A DNA stretch of 36,846 nucleotides from Atractiella rhizophila (lineage: Eukaryota). This document shows, piece by piece, positions 1 through 11,291 of this stretch; position 1 is the stretch's first letter; every line of letters begins with the position of its first letter. The DNA is taken from the NCBI GenBank assembly GCA_021432655.1, contig MU271306.1:62001-98846 (forward strand), read 5' to 3'. The notes below the pieces were generated by a model. It was not told the origin of the DNA. It was given only the letters and a program-made list of their open reading frames with translations, and searched no databases. The position numbers were made by a program, and so were the translations under genes.

Positions 1-208
1 TTGGAGGAGGTATCGTTGTAACGAACCCCGGAGCTGAGTGGACAATCGCCATCCATGATTTCCTTCCCATAGTCATTTGCTCTTTTATTCCGCTTTTTGG
101 ACACGCTGAAACAGGTGGCAACTCGTGAGCCTCCATATACTCGTCGACTACTTGCAGGTCGAAGAGTGAATACTTCAAATGCGTTTCATGGTTACTAAGA
201 GAAACTTT
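1..208 (-). CDS. Partial hypothetical gene running off the left edge (one apparent exon)
   Basis: Minus-strand frame KVSLSNHETHLKYSLFDLQVVDEYMEAHELPP...RYNDTSS is open to base 1. It follows a TAG acceptor at ~209-211, with a GTGAGT donor near 279. No family recognised. Confidence 0.35.
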
Positions 209-487
209 CTACGCGCAACAAGGAGAAGAGGCGACAAGAGCTGCTCCCAAAGAATTCCCATTTCATCAAAAGACTCACTAAGATGTATCTTCTTTTTCCA
301 CCACATATGCATCTTTTGACAGCCCGCCCTGTTCATCTGTTTCCGCCACTAAGTCTACCACACCAAAGATAAACAACATTGTTGAGTCGTGACTCACACC
401 TGTGGCTGTTGGCTGAAAACTCAAGGCAAGGAACGACGAGATCTGCTTAGAAGCCTCCCTCTTTCACCACTTTCATTCTCGAGCCTC

Positions 488-1392
488 ATGGAATCACTCT
501 CCCACCTCTCAGACTCCCTCAGTGCCGCGGACAAGGGCGGAAGACACGATTATACGCCACAAGATCTGACGAATCAGTTCAAACAGGCGGCAGCAGGAAT
601 CAGCGTGCTTTACACTGAGGCTGCTAAGGCATCGAAGAAAGGTATGTCCTTGCTCTTGTCTGTTATGATCCGAGGATATTTCTTGATATTGCTTTGTTAA
701 AGCTTACAGCACCGGTTATGCTTCTGCGATGAAGGATGTCCTCGAGTTCCTTCAGCATGGGTTAGACCATCGGCCTCCCCAACATGTTCACGGTTCTCGG
801 GGGAGATCAAGGGCTGACCACAACGCCATCACGATTGAGAGAGTGATAGATTACATTGAGGTGCGTGTTTCCATTTTCAAGGGGAACGAGGCTTGACATC
901 ACCTGACTGCGTTACTGTCTGCAGGCACGGCAAGAAACCGTTCGCTCGCTTTGGGAAGAACAATTCGGAGGCGAACCGCCAGTGGCTCCTCATCAATCTG
1001 CACGACCTACTGAAATGGCGCACGTCCCCGCTCAAGCTCCGTCTGCGAAATATGCAGCTCCTCCCGCACCCGCAGCCGAAAATGCTTCCTCTTCTCGCCC
1101 CAAGCCCGCTGTATCAGCACCAAGACGGACGTCCCCATCCACCCGCTCTTCCCCACTCCAGGAACGGGATAGGAAAGCGAGAGCTAGTGGAAATACCGCG
1201 AGTGGACACAAGCGACGCAGGAGTCCCGACGTCGTTCCCGTCGTCCCTACCCTGGTTGATTCGGATATGAAGGTCACGGAGATTCTGATGGGTGAGAATG
1301 AGGAGGGGATGACGGAACAAGGAGGTAGTTATGGCAATGAGTGGGCCGAAGTGAGGGGCGAACGGCCGTTCAAGAGGTTGAATCGGAGGTAG
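488..1392 (+). CDS. Three-exon protein resembling the HAPSTR1/C16orf72 (TAPR1-like) family
   Basis: ATG at 488. Introns 642-702 (GTATGT..AAG) and 861-924 (GTGCGT..CAG) join in frame: DLTNQFKQAAAGISVLYTEAAKASKK-AYSTGYASAMKDVLEFL...ITIERVIDYIE-ARQE. A P/S-rich disordered region and a basic C-terminus (RPFKRLNRR) follow. Family call is from recalled motif similarity. Confidence 0.7.
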
Positions 1393-2640
1393 AGGTATGT
1401 CTGTTGCTTTTGTTATTACCTTATGAATGGGTTTAAATGCATTTTTATGTGCAAAGGTTGTTTAAGGTTGTTTACTTAATGGTTTTTGCATGTGATATGG
1501 TCCGACTTACTGAACACACGAGGAGTTTCTCGACGACGTTTTACTCATCTGACGATCAACCGACATCAAACAATACAGCCACAATCAATCAAAGGCAATC
1601 CAGTTCCTTGTACCAGATATTCGAGCAGATCTCGTACTTCGCTTCATCCTCCCAACGAATTATTCCCATGTTCCTTCCGTTCGATTTCTGGAAGCCATCG
1701 CCTCTTCCTTCGAGATTTGTTGCCCCTAATTTGTACTCTGGTTGATTTTCAGTTCCAGCATGTGATATTTGTACCCACTTTCTTCATCTCCCTGCTTCTC
1801 GGTTTTCCTTTGCTTGTCCTGTTCCTCCTTGATCGCTTCAGATTCAGTTGGTCACCTTTTACAATACATCTCTCTTCTGCAACGCAATGTCCTATGCTCC
1901 CATGCATTTCTCGTCCCCGATGTTACTCTAAATTGCTAAGTACTTGTATGTCGCTGGGTGAGCATTGTGGTCTCAAGTTCAAGCAGGATTCGTGACAACT
2001 ATATACAGAGGGAGCACTGCTAGTATGAGGGGGATACTGAGCTGATCGAAAAGAGCACTGAGAGTCAAAGAATATGGAGCAACCTAAAGAAAGAAGCACT
2101 GCCTAAGACTCGAATTGCGAGAAGGGTGTTGCCGTAATCTACATTCGATTGATCGGGGGCACGAAGGGTTACAGCAGTAAGAGAGAGAGGAAGAGAAGTA
2201 AGGGAAGGGAAATGTATTGTGATTTGAAAGGGAGAGAGGGAGCAAGGAGGCTGATACAGTCTGCAGCCTCGTGAGGTAGAGGTAGAGCACTGAAGCGGAG
2301 GCTGATGGATGTGGCACTTTCAGATGAAGAACGTGAGGAGAAAGATGGATCCTGAAACGAGAAGAATGGAGAAAGAAGACTCGATGAGGAAGAGAGACGA
2401 GAGGAGAGCCAAAGAACCTGAACGTCTGTACCTATCTAGCCGAAGCAAACTGCAAGAGATCGAGAGAGAGAAGACAAGAGCAAAGAGGGAGAGAAGATAA
2501 TCGGAAGATATGAGCCCGCCCCCCAACACGCGCAAATCTAGCGACCAAAACATACCACTATTAACCGTTACCGTGAGTAGAACGTCATTTGAGCCAAACA
2601 CTAAACATCACTGAAGTGGAATCGAAGGGAACTACATCGA

Positions 2641-4209
2641 TCAGTCTCCTTCGTTCGCTTCTTCCCCTTCGTCCTTCCGCTTCGCTCCTCTCCTCGTCGG
2701 TATGCGAACTCCTTGTTTTGCGAAATGTTTAGAGAGTGGAGTGGGATCGACCATTCCTGGGCTGTATCACCATGATGATGAACTATAAGTTGGAGTGTTG
2801 TATGCAGATGGAAAGCGCACAATTTTTTTGCCGTGTATACAGTGAATGGCTGCGTGTGACAGGTGCACACAGCTCTCGTCATTCCATTGCTGGTAGTCCA
2901 TCCATTCCTGTTCCCACGTTAGGGGTCAGTTATGATGTCATGGCAACCAGAGGAAGAAGCACTTACTCTCCCTGAACTCCGATGTTGAAGAGCATTAATC
3001 TCAGTCTGTATGTTCCTTCCGTCCTCACACTATCCATCAGGACGCAAGAAGTCAACTCATCATTCGAGTTTAGCTGAGCAATAAAGAGAGAAGAACTGAG
3101 GGGATGAGAAGAGGGAACCCGAACCTAAGGTCGTGGAAGATGAACCAGATACCACTCTTGCCTTCCAAATCGTACAATTTATGATTACTAGCTTGCAAAT
3201 GTCCCACCACGTTAGCGGTCGCCTCAGGCGCGTCCCCTTGCGTCGAAGGCAACACGAGCCCTTGTCCCTGTTGCTGCGGCTGCAATGGTTGTCGTGAAGA
3301 AGACGGGCCCTCGCCCTGTGGGTTCTCGTTGTCCAGCTCCGAGTTGATCGCTTCCAATAACGGGTTGGTGGGCGGGGTACTTGAGTAGTGAGGAGGGAGC
3401 GGTCCGTATCCTCCCTGTGCTTGGGGATGCGCTTGGTGTTGGTGGAGCGCAAAGTCCTTCCAAAGGAAACAAAGCAGAAGACATGGTCAGAATTGACTCA
3501 AACAGAGGTGAGAAGGTGGCGAGGAAGGAACTGACTGTAGCTGACGATTCACCGGCACCGTTCTCATATGGAGATCCCCCCGATCCGTTCCAGGACCCTC
3601 CTCCGTTGCCGCTGGCTGGGTTCAGGAGATGAGAAACGTTTGGAGAGGTGCTCATGCCGTGAGGATGGATGACCATGTTGAGGTCGGTGGAGAGGTTCTC
3701 AGCCCAGATGTCAGCGTTGAGGACGAAGAATGTAGCTTCGATATCACTTCAACCATCCATTCCGCCTTATCAGCTCCTCCGCGACGGGACTCAGATGAGG
3801 AGGGAGGAGAGAGAAGATGTGGAACGCACTCGCAAGGTACTTCTTCGTCGTCCGCATTCCAGGCGTGCAACTTGACCATCACTGGTGGAGAAATCGGACG
3901 ACGATCCTGTAGTTCAGAGAACGAAGACGTGAGGACTGCGGGAATGAAATAGGAGGAGGTGTGCGAGAGGAAGAGGCACTTTGTCTCCGAATCCACACAT
4001 CCGTGCCCTCTGTGGCTGCTGCACGATCTCGAGAGTCCATCTCACGCTGTTTTCCGGATTTGCCACAGAAGAAACAAGATGTGATATTGCGAATACGAGG
4101 GTTGGGATGGTCAGATGGGAACACGGATGAGAAGAAAGGGAGAAGCGCACATCTGGTCTGCGTCGTTCTGCTGCATCATCTCTCCATTGAGGAAATCGAA
4201 ATCTGCCAT
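2641..4209 (-). CDS. velB: Velvet-family regulator, VelB-type (multi-exon, split velvet domain)
   Basis: Velvet motifs in order: LEIVQQPQRARMCGFGDK / DRRPISPP / FFVLNADIW / TANVVGHLQAS..KLYDLEGKSGIWFIFHDL / SVRTEGTYRLRLMLFNIG / PFTVYTAKK / PGMVDPTPLSKHFAKQGVRIPTRR, with TGA at 2643-2641. Predicted start MADFDFLNGE at 4209, first intron 4150-4047. A ~100-aa low-complexity insert inside the domain and a stop soon after the domain fit VelB. Confidence 0.9.
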
Positions 4210-4509
4210 CTTCCCGTTTCTGGCTTTTAAGGGTATTGACAACGACCCAAGACCGAATCCTGCAGATATTCTCCCGCGTCAAAAGATTTTGGAAGTGAGG
4301 AATGAATAAGCCGACTTCTCGAATGCAAACAAGAACGCGTCTAGAAAGGTTGTGGAGTTGTTTTTGCAGCGATCCGCCTGGCAATCTCGATGGGAATTGA
4401 ATGGACGTGCCGATGGAGTGCCTGTAGGCCAGGGAGGAGGGGAGGCACCCTTGCTCTGGGTCGTTGCTTGAATTTCCTCAACGTTGCTAAACGCCGGAAG
4501 TATTTACGG

Positions 4510-5875
4510 ATGTGGCGGCGACTGCTATAGTTGGATGTCTTCTTCCCTTTGTTCCAGCGTTGTGTTTCCGTCACCAACCCCGCTTTCGCTTCACTCACAA
4601 TGCAACTTGAACTGTCGAAATCAGGAAGTCAGAGTCTTGGACTCTTTATCTCGCTTTCCTTTTGTCTACTATTTCCGCCTTTATTGTAAAGTTTTCTGTG
4701 CTTATCTTTGCTTCCTCCAGAGCCTGCACCAAGCTCCGAATGAAAGCGATCGTAGATTTCAATGGAATGATGCAGTACGAACTCAACTCGCTTATTGTGC
4801 ACTTATCAACTAGCGGGTACGATATGATTATCATTCTTCATTGTCAGTATTACTGGATATACACCATAACTTACCCTCTGTACATCTATTGTGTTGATTA
4901 TGCTAGAGGAGGATGCAGTAGATCCAGATGTCTCAGTAGGCAGTATGGAAGCGGCACTGTACCCAGGTGATTGCAACACTGTCGACGTGGCCTGTCGACG
5001 TGTTCTGCGCTTCAGATGGGTCGCAAGTCACGCTGCTGTGCATTATGCCATATCTGGATTCTGGAGCACCTAGATGGTGCATAAAAGGCGAGGGCACGAT
5101 AGTCTTCGTCAAACACCACGAAGGCAACTTGAAGGAAGATGGCAAAGACCACGTTCCTCTCCCTTCCCCGCGAAATCCATCGACAGATCTTCAATCACCA
5201 TGTGGCGGCGACTGCTATAGTTGGATGTCTTCTTCCCTTTGTTCCAGCGTTGTGTTTCCGTCACCAACCCCGCTTTCGCTTCACTCACAATGCAACTTGA
5301 ACTGTCGAAATCAGGAAGTCAGAGTCTTGGACTCTTTATCTGGCTTTTCTTTTGTCTGCTATTTCCGCCTTTATTGTAAAGTTTTCTGTGCTTATCTTTG
5401 CTTCCTCCAGAGCTGCACCAAGCTCCGAATGAAAGCGATCGTAGATTTCAATGCAATGATGCAGTACCTCGCTTTGTGTACTTATAGACTAGCGGGCATG
5501 ATATGCTTATCATTCTTCATTGTCAGGATTACTGGATACACCATAACTTACCCTCTGCACATCTATTGTCTTGATTATGCTAGAGGAGGATGCAGTAGAT
5601 CCAGATGTCTCAGTTTGCAGTATCGAAGCAGCATTGTAGCAAGGTGATTGCAACCCTGTCGACGTGGCCTGTCGACGTGTTCTGCGCTTCAGATGGGTCG
5701 CAAGTCACGCTGCTGTGCATTATGCCATATCTGGATTCTGGAGCACCGAAATGGTGCATAAAAGGCGAGGGCACGATATCCTTGCCAAGCACCACGAAGG
5801 CAACTTGAAAGAAGATGGCAAAGACCACGTTCCTCTCCCTCCCCCGCGAAATCCATCGACAGATCTTCAATCACC
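4510..5875. repeat. Imperfect tandem duplication, ~690-bp unit (4510-5199 / 5200-5875)
   Basis: Both units start ATGTGGCGGCGACTGCTATAGTTGG and end ...GACAGATCTTCAATCACC. They differ by scattered substitutions and small indels. Confidence 0.95.
5139..5199 (+). pseudogene. Truncated duplicate of the first 20 codons (F-box start) of the 5815 gene
   Basis: MAKTTFLSLPREIHRQIFNH is identical to the N-terminus of 5815..7089 and is cut by the duplication junction at 5199/5200. Confidence 0.85.
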
Positions 5876-7089
5876 TCCTCCCATACACCATCACCGTATC
5901 CTCAAACGCTTCCGACTTCTCCACACTCCTCTCTCTCTCTCTCGTCTCTCGTTCCATCTCTCCAATCGCCCGAGCAATCTTGCACGAACGACCCATCTTC
6001 CTCCAACAGACAAACGTGGATGGATTCCTTCGAGCTTTGGTAAAGGACAATGTTGATGGGATGGGGAAGAATGAGATGAGGGAGATGGTCAAGGAGCTAG
6101 ATGTCAATTTGTCTGGTTTTTTGGATGAGAAAGGGGATCCGCAACGCGGTCCTTCCATTTCCTGGTTGGAGAGTGTACTCTCTGTCGTCCATCTCCACTC
6201 CTGTGCTATCCGAGGTTGGTGCCTATCTCCCACCCTTAGCAGGCAACTGATCCAGAAACGATTATCCATCGCAGGGCTTACCAATGTCACCTTCCGTCCA
6301 GCCCTCGACGCTCTGGCCAGTCACAAGCTGATCCGCCTCTCCCTCCGCGCACACACCAATGCGTCCTTGAACACAGCCTACCTCTCCCGCCTACGTCACT
6401 TTCCTTCCCTCCTCTCCCTCTCCCTCTACGGAGTCAACCTTCCTACCATCCTACGCTCGAAAGAATATGTCTGGGAAGAGGGTACCGAACCGACCTTTCG
6501 CCTCCGTCGTCTCGAACTCGAATACTGCGAAATCGCACCATGCCTTCCAGGTCTACTACGCTCTTCTCTCGCACCAAAAGAAGGGGAATACACAGTCGGA
6601 TCACTCACGACTCTACTCGTTAAAAACCACACCAGCTCAATAATCGCCGTCCTCCGGACCCTCTTGCACATCCCAAGCTGTCGAGTGGTCAACATATGGA
6701 TAAGCGTCTCCTCCCGTCCAGTCGATCTGGACTACACGCTCAGGCAACAACTCATGATGAGCGGGATATCCAATCCGCCTCTAGGTCTCAATGGGGACCC
6801 AGAGCTGGACCGGTCCCTGTGCGCTCTCGAAGGAGTGAGAAGACTGCGTTTCAGCGTGTCTGCCGCTCTCGCCCGTCAGCCAGTTCCTGGGAGCGAACCG
6901 GGAATTTTGAGGTTGAACACGTTGGAGGTGTTGGCGAAGAAGGGATTGGAGGAGGTCGTGTTAGAGATGGATGAGTCCGAACATGAGTGGAGGATGAGAG
7001 GAGGGAAGGAGGATCTAGCTGCTAAGTTGAGTGAGTGGATCAAGGCTGGAAAGCTCGATGGCGTCCGTGTGAGGGTTGTTTGGAAATGA
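5815..7089 (+). CDS. F-box-like / LRR (RNI-like) protein, 424 aa, apparently intronless
   Basis: N-terminal FLSLPREIHRQIFNHL...LLSLSLVSRSI F-box pattern. Repeated LxxLxL units follow (FPSLLSLSLYGV, FRLRRLELEYC, SLTTLLV). Confidence 0.8.
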   Translation: MAKTTFLSLPREIHRQIFNHLLPYTITVSSNASDFSTLLSLSLVSRSISPIARAILHERPIFLQQTNVDGFLRALVKDNVDGMGKNEMREMVKELDVNLSGFLDEKGDPQRGPSISWLESVLSVVHLHSCAIRGWCLSPTLSRQLIQKRLSIAGLTNVTFRPALDALASHKLIRLSLRAHTNASLNTAYLSRLRHFPSLLSLSLYGVNLPTILRSKEYVWEEGTEPTFRLRRLELEYCEIAPCLPGLLRSSLAPKEGEYTVGSLTTLLVKNHTSSIIAVLRTLLHIPSCRVVNIWISVSSRPVDLDYTLRQQLMMSGISNPPLGLNGDPELDRSLCALEGVRRLRFSVSAALARQPVPGSEPGILRLNTLEVLAKKGLEEVVLEMDESEHEWRMRGGKEDLAAKLSEWIKAGKLDGVRVRVVWK

Positions 7090-7272
7090 TCGCCTTTTGG
7101 GGAAGAATGGCAGTCCTCAGGGACGCGTACTCATAAGATGGAAGAAGCAGAGAGCACACTTTGCAGGACACGAAAGGTTACAACAGCTACGAAAGAAAAT
7201 ATGCCTGTGGTCAGCGCATTTCAGCATTCCGAATTGTCAACATGTAAACCTCAAAACATGGCAGTTCAACTC

Positions 7273-8970
7273 CTAATGAAAGACGTGTTCCCACTGAGAT
7301 TCCCCGAGTCAGGTTCCTCAAAATACCAATGGTTTCGGTACATTTACATACAACCTCTCCCCAGACAAGAGTCTGCAAGGTTGGGGGGGATACTTCGAGT
7401 ATGGGTACAAAGTCAATCCCAATTCTGCTGTCATACATCGCTAACACTTGAAGTCTAAAATCAGGTTTGTCAAAGCAATAGTCAATGACAGTAGTAGTAT
7501 TCGGTAGGTTGCCGAACGAAGGCTCAAAATGGTTAAATGCCGCATGACGAAGCTCAAGCTCGCAAAGCGAACGAAATCGTGAGAGGTAGTCGAGTGAGTC
7601 AGATATTTGAAGCGGGTGCTCGTCTGGGACCCCATGAAGCTTCAAGCTCGATAGATGACTGTAAAGACTAGCCGAATGCATCATGACGTAAACGCAGGCG
7701 TTTTGATGTAACCCTGAACATGGGAAACCTAGTACACTAAGGCAAATGGTTACATGAAGCAACACACCTTGCAGAGACAGTGATTTAATGCTTGCTTCAT
7801 GCAGAATCCTGGACAAGCTCGCTGACCCACCGTGGAGCCCAATAGCCAAGTCATAGCTAATATTTTTGACCAAATTGCGCAGTTGAGGACTCCGCTTCAA
7901 AGTCTGCAGAAACAAGACTTCATCGTTCTGGTCCTCCCATTGATACCATCCTTTCAGCCGTGGTGTCTCGTAAAGATGTCGCCTCCCGATATCAAAGAAC
8001 CTCTTGTCAGATCGAATGAAGGAGGTTAGCCCGTGTCTTCCGCCCAAATTATCGGCAGCTTTGGCATCAAAATTAGAGTCGAAGGAAAAGGTAATGGCTT
8101 GAGGAAGAATAAATCTCATCTACGAGCTCCAGAGGTAGTCGTCCAAAAGCTAGCATCTCATAGAGAACCACCGTCTTGATCTAAACGCCATAATGATGAG
8201 TTCTTCCAACCAATAACGAATTCGCCTACCATAACGACTGGTGCACGCAGCTTTGGCTTCCTATTTACCTTCAGATCAATAACCTGTCATTATGTCCCAG
8301 TAACATTAGTCACCTATTCTTCTGCTTCTTTCTTTTTTCTTCCATGGCGACTGAGGTGCTCATAACGGAACGCACTAAAGTCCAGAGAATCCTCACTCTC
8401 TGGGGGTTGCTTAAAAGCTGCATAAAAATTTGTTCTTTCGGCTGGCCCTATCTTGTAGATGCCGTTGCTGTCTGGGTGCCATTCGTAGAAATCATAACCA
8501 TACCGAAAACAAACAACGCCGTAACTTCCTGAATGATCGCCATCAAGCCAGATATAAAGGATCGTGCTAGGTACGGTGTCGGGTAAAGGGAGATCGAAAT
8601 CCTGACAAAGGCTAGAAAACATTGAATATCTTCCCCAAGGATACCAGATCGCAGAATCGTATGGAGCAGAGTATTTGTTGTGATCCAGAGGAAGAAGTCT
8701 TCTTTGGAAGATTGGATAAGAACCAGCTCGCACAAGATCGATGATCCGTTGAATGCATGAATCCGAGAAATGTGGATGAAGGCGGAGTGCAGGACAAATA
8801 TCACCAGGAGATCCTGGTTTTGCTCCACAGGTGGGACAATATTCTGACGGGTTACGATACCCTTCACCCATGTCATCGATTTCTTCATCGGTCAGAGGCT
8901 TGGTGAGATATTCTCTCTATTTCAGCCATTCGGCATCGAGGTCGAGATCTAGCTGCGTATGCTGCTCCAT
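7273..8970 (-). pseudogene. Disabled copy 1 of the CxxC-domain/F-box/LRR family
   Basis: Paralogue of 24835-26519 and 30485-32198. Lesions: TGG>TAG at 8919-8917, a frame offset before the donor near 8313, two 1-nt deletions in the F-box (~8085 and ~8112), and +1 nt near 7303. The ancestral end WEHVFH* is at 7275-7273. The microexon 8230-8260 is retained. Confidence 0.8.
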
Positions 8971-9411
8971 TCTCGAAAGTATAGAGAGCACGATTCTGAA
9001 GTGCAGAGTGAAAACCCTTTGCAACGAAAAGATGCAAAATGGGATCGGCTTAAACGCAGAGTGGGAACTTCCTAAAAGGATGGTGACTTTGTTTACCTGA
9101 TGACTGGATAGGTGGAAACGAAAGCTTGCGGAGAGGACAAAGGGCAGGTCACAAAAGCACACAGCGAAATCGGGGGAGCTGCACCAAAAGGTCCGGTAAG
9201 ATCTTAGCTAAAAGGTATTGGTAAATGATGGTCCTGAGTTAAATTTGTGGCTCCAACAACCCTTGAGGTAAGTTGGACGAATTTCAGGCGACGTTATTAA
9301 GAAATGCTTATTTATTGAAGGGAATAGAGACTCTCAAAGCTCGAATAATTGCCTAATTGTCACAAAGACTCTAAATACTAAGAACAAGCGTACATCGATA
9401 AAGGATCAGCA

Positions 9412-10655
9412 TCAGCCAGCATTCATGTCCAGAACGCACATCTTCCAAACCCTTGCCTTCTCTAGTTCCCTCTGCACGGAGCCTTCCTCTTTGTCCCAGG
9501 GGTGCCATGGGCGAGGCCTTGGAGAGTCGAAGTCCCTCACAGATATCTTCAAGCTGTTCAGAGCAGGAAGGTAATTTGCCTGAATAAGGCAATCGATGAA
9601 GACCCGCCGAAGAAGCGACGGTGTTAGGACATCTTTGTGATATAAAGCAACATTAAAAGATAGTACTCGAATGGTTCGAGGCAAGATGTCGAAGATTGTA
9701 CCGTCCCAACCAGCCCGGTCGCACCAGCCAATGTCGGTGATGGATAACGACTGCAGGTTCGGGCATGCTTCGATTAGAACATGGGCGGACAAATCTTTCC
9801 TAGAATATGTGTGCAGGGACAAGTCAAGCGTTACAATGTGAGCTAGAACGAGCTTATGAGGAAGGTGGGAAATTCCTGCTGACAGGCGCAAAGTACGTAG
9901 GCTCGTCGCTCGTAAGAGGAATGCTTTAAGCATTGAATGAGGGACTTCGCTGTGATACACGAGCTCAATCTCTCGAAGATTTGAGTTAAAATTGTTGGTT
10001 CCGGTTGGTAGAACGGTTGCGTTGTGCAAGACCAAGGTCTGAAGTGTTGTTTGAGAGTTGGACAATGATGTGAGTTTGTGCATCGGAAGCATAGGGCCGT
10101 TTTTAAAGCTAAAGCTGGCAAGTCGCAGGCCCTCAAAGGCATCGAGAAAATAAAGAGGCATTGGAGGCACCAACGGTTGACCTTTGGCATCGACGACCAG
10201 GTGTTTTGTAACCCGTAATCGCGAAAGACAAGCCTTCAAAGGGATAAGAGAAGCTTCTGAAAGCGTTCGTGGGTCGACCACCAACTCGAAGTGAGTAATC
10301 AGCTCGTTTAACCATTCATGCGTCTGAAGGCCGCGAACAAGGGCGAAAAGGGGCAGATATTCGACAGAGCTTTCGTCGTCCAAGTGGACAAACACTGTAC
10401 GAAAGGCAAATCTTCGCACTGGTGCAATCCAAGCCTTGCACCTGTGGGAGAAATATAAAAATGTAGACAAAGGCACTCTGCAAGCGAGATCACTCACATA
10501 AGTGTCAACGGGAGAAATTCCTCTTTAATCACACACCAAGGTGAGACCACATTGGCATCAGCTTGGAGGTCATCCACATAGTCCTCAAAGATCTGATCAA
10601 TGATTTCGGCCGGAAGCAGGAAACGCTCATCTCGCTTTTGCTTTGAGGAGGTCAT
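9412..10655 (-). CDS. F-box-like / LRR protein (2 exons)
   Basis: MTSSKQKRDERFLLPAEIIDQIFEDY F-box. Intron 10497-10442 (GTGAGT..CAG) gives LTLMCKAWIAPVRR. LRR-like units: TLQTLVL, NLREIEL, SLRTLRL, CPNLQSLSI. Confidence 0.8.
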
Positions 10656-11291
10656 GATATGGAGGGACAGGAGAGCTGCGTAGTCACAAAAGTGGTTTAT
10701 CAGCGCCCGCGTTAAAGAGGTGATGCAATGCAAATGTATGTCATTGTCGAGCTAAAAGGAATGTTGCGTTCCTCAAGACTATGGACCTAAACATTTTAAC
10801 TTTTTGCAGAGACTGCCAATCGTTTAAATCTGTGGCATCGCAGCAATGACATCCCTGCTGAATGGAACAATGACTGGGACTGGTGTCCACCAACAACAAC
10901 GTCACCCAGCTACACTTTCAATTGGGGACTCACAGCAGCTTATGTACATAAACCTGCTCCGTTCCCCTCGTCTTTACACCTTGCCTCCTCTTGTATCCCT
11001 TGTGATAGAACAGGATCAGGTGCTGCCTTCGTGAGTCATAGAATCAGCTCAACACATCAGGCAACTCGAGGCAAGAGGCAACATCCACACAAGAATGCGC
11101 ATTCTGGTCTTGTGCAAAACTTGATAACGATGAAGGTGAGAACGACAACACATGCCATTGCGAGAAGTACTAAGATAAAGGTACCAAAATTAATGTCCGT
11201 TGCTGGGAAGGAAAGAAGGACTAAAGTGAGAGTAACCAGACATGATGCAACCATCAATCAGGCGTGTTTTCTCCATCTTGAACGTATGTAT

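Noticed and set aside
1437..2601. Several 60-170 aa ORFs, including a hydrophobic one at 2320-2601
   Set aside because: Purine/pyrimidine-skewed sequence between two convergent genes with no coherent exon chain. Probably UTR or intergenic DNA.
4967..5647. 226-aa Cys-rich ORF
   Set aside because: It crosses the duplication junction and the frame is not conserved between the two units.
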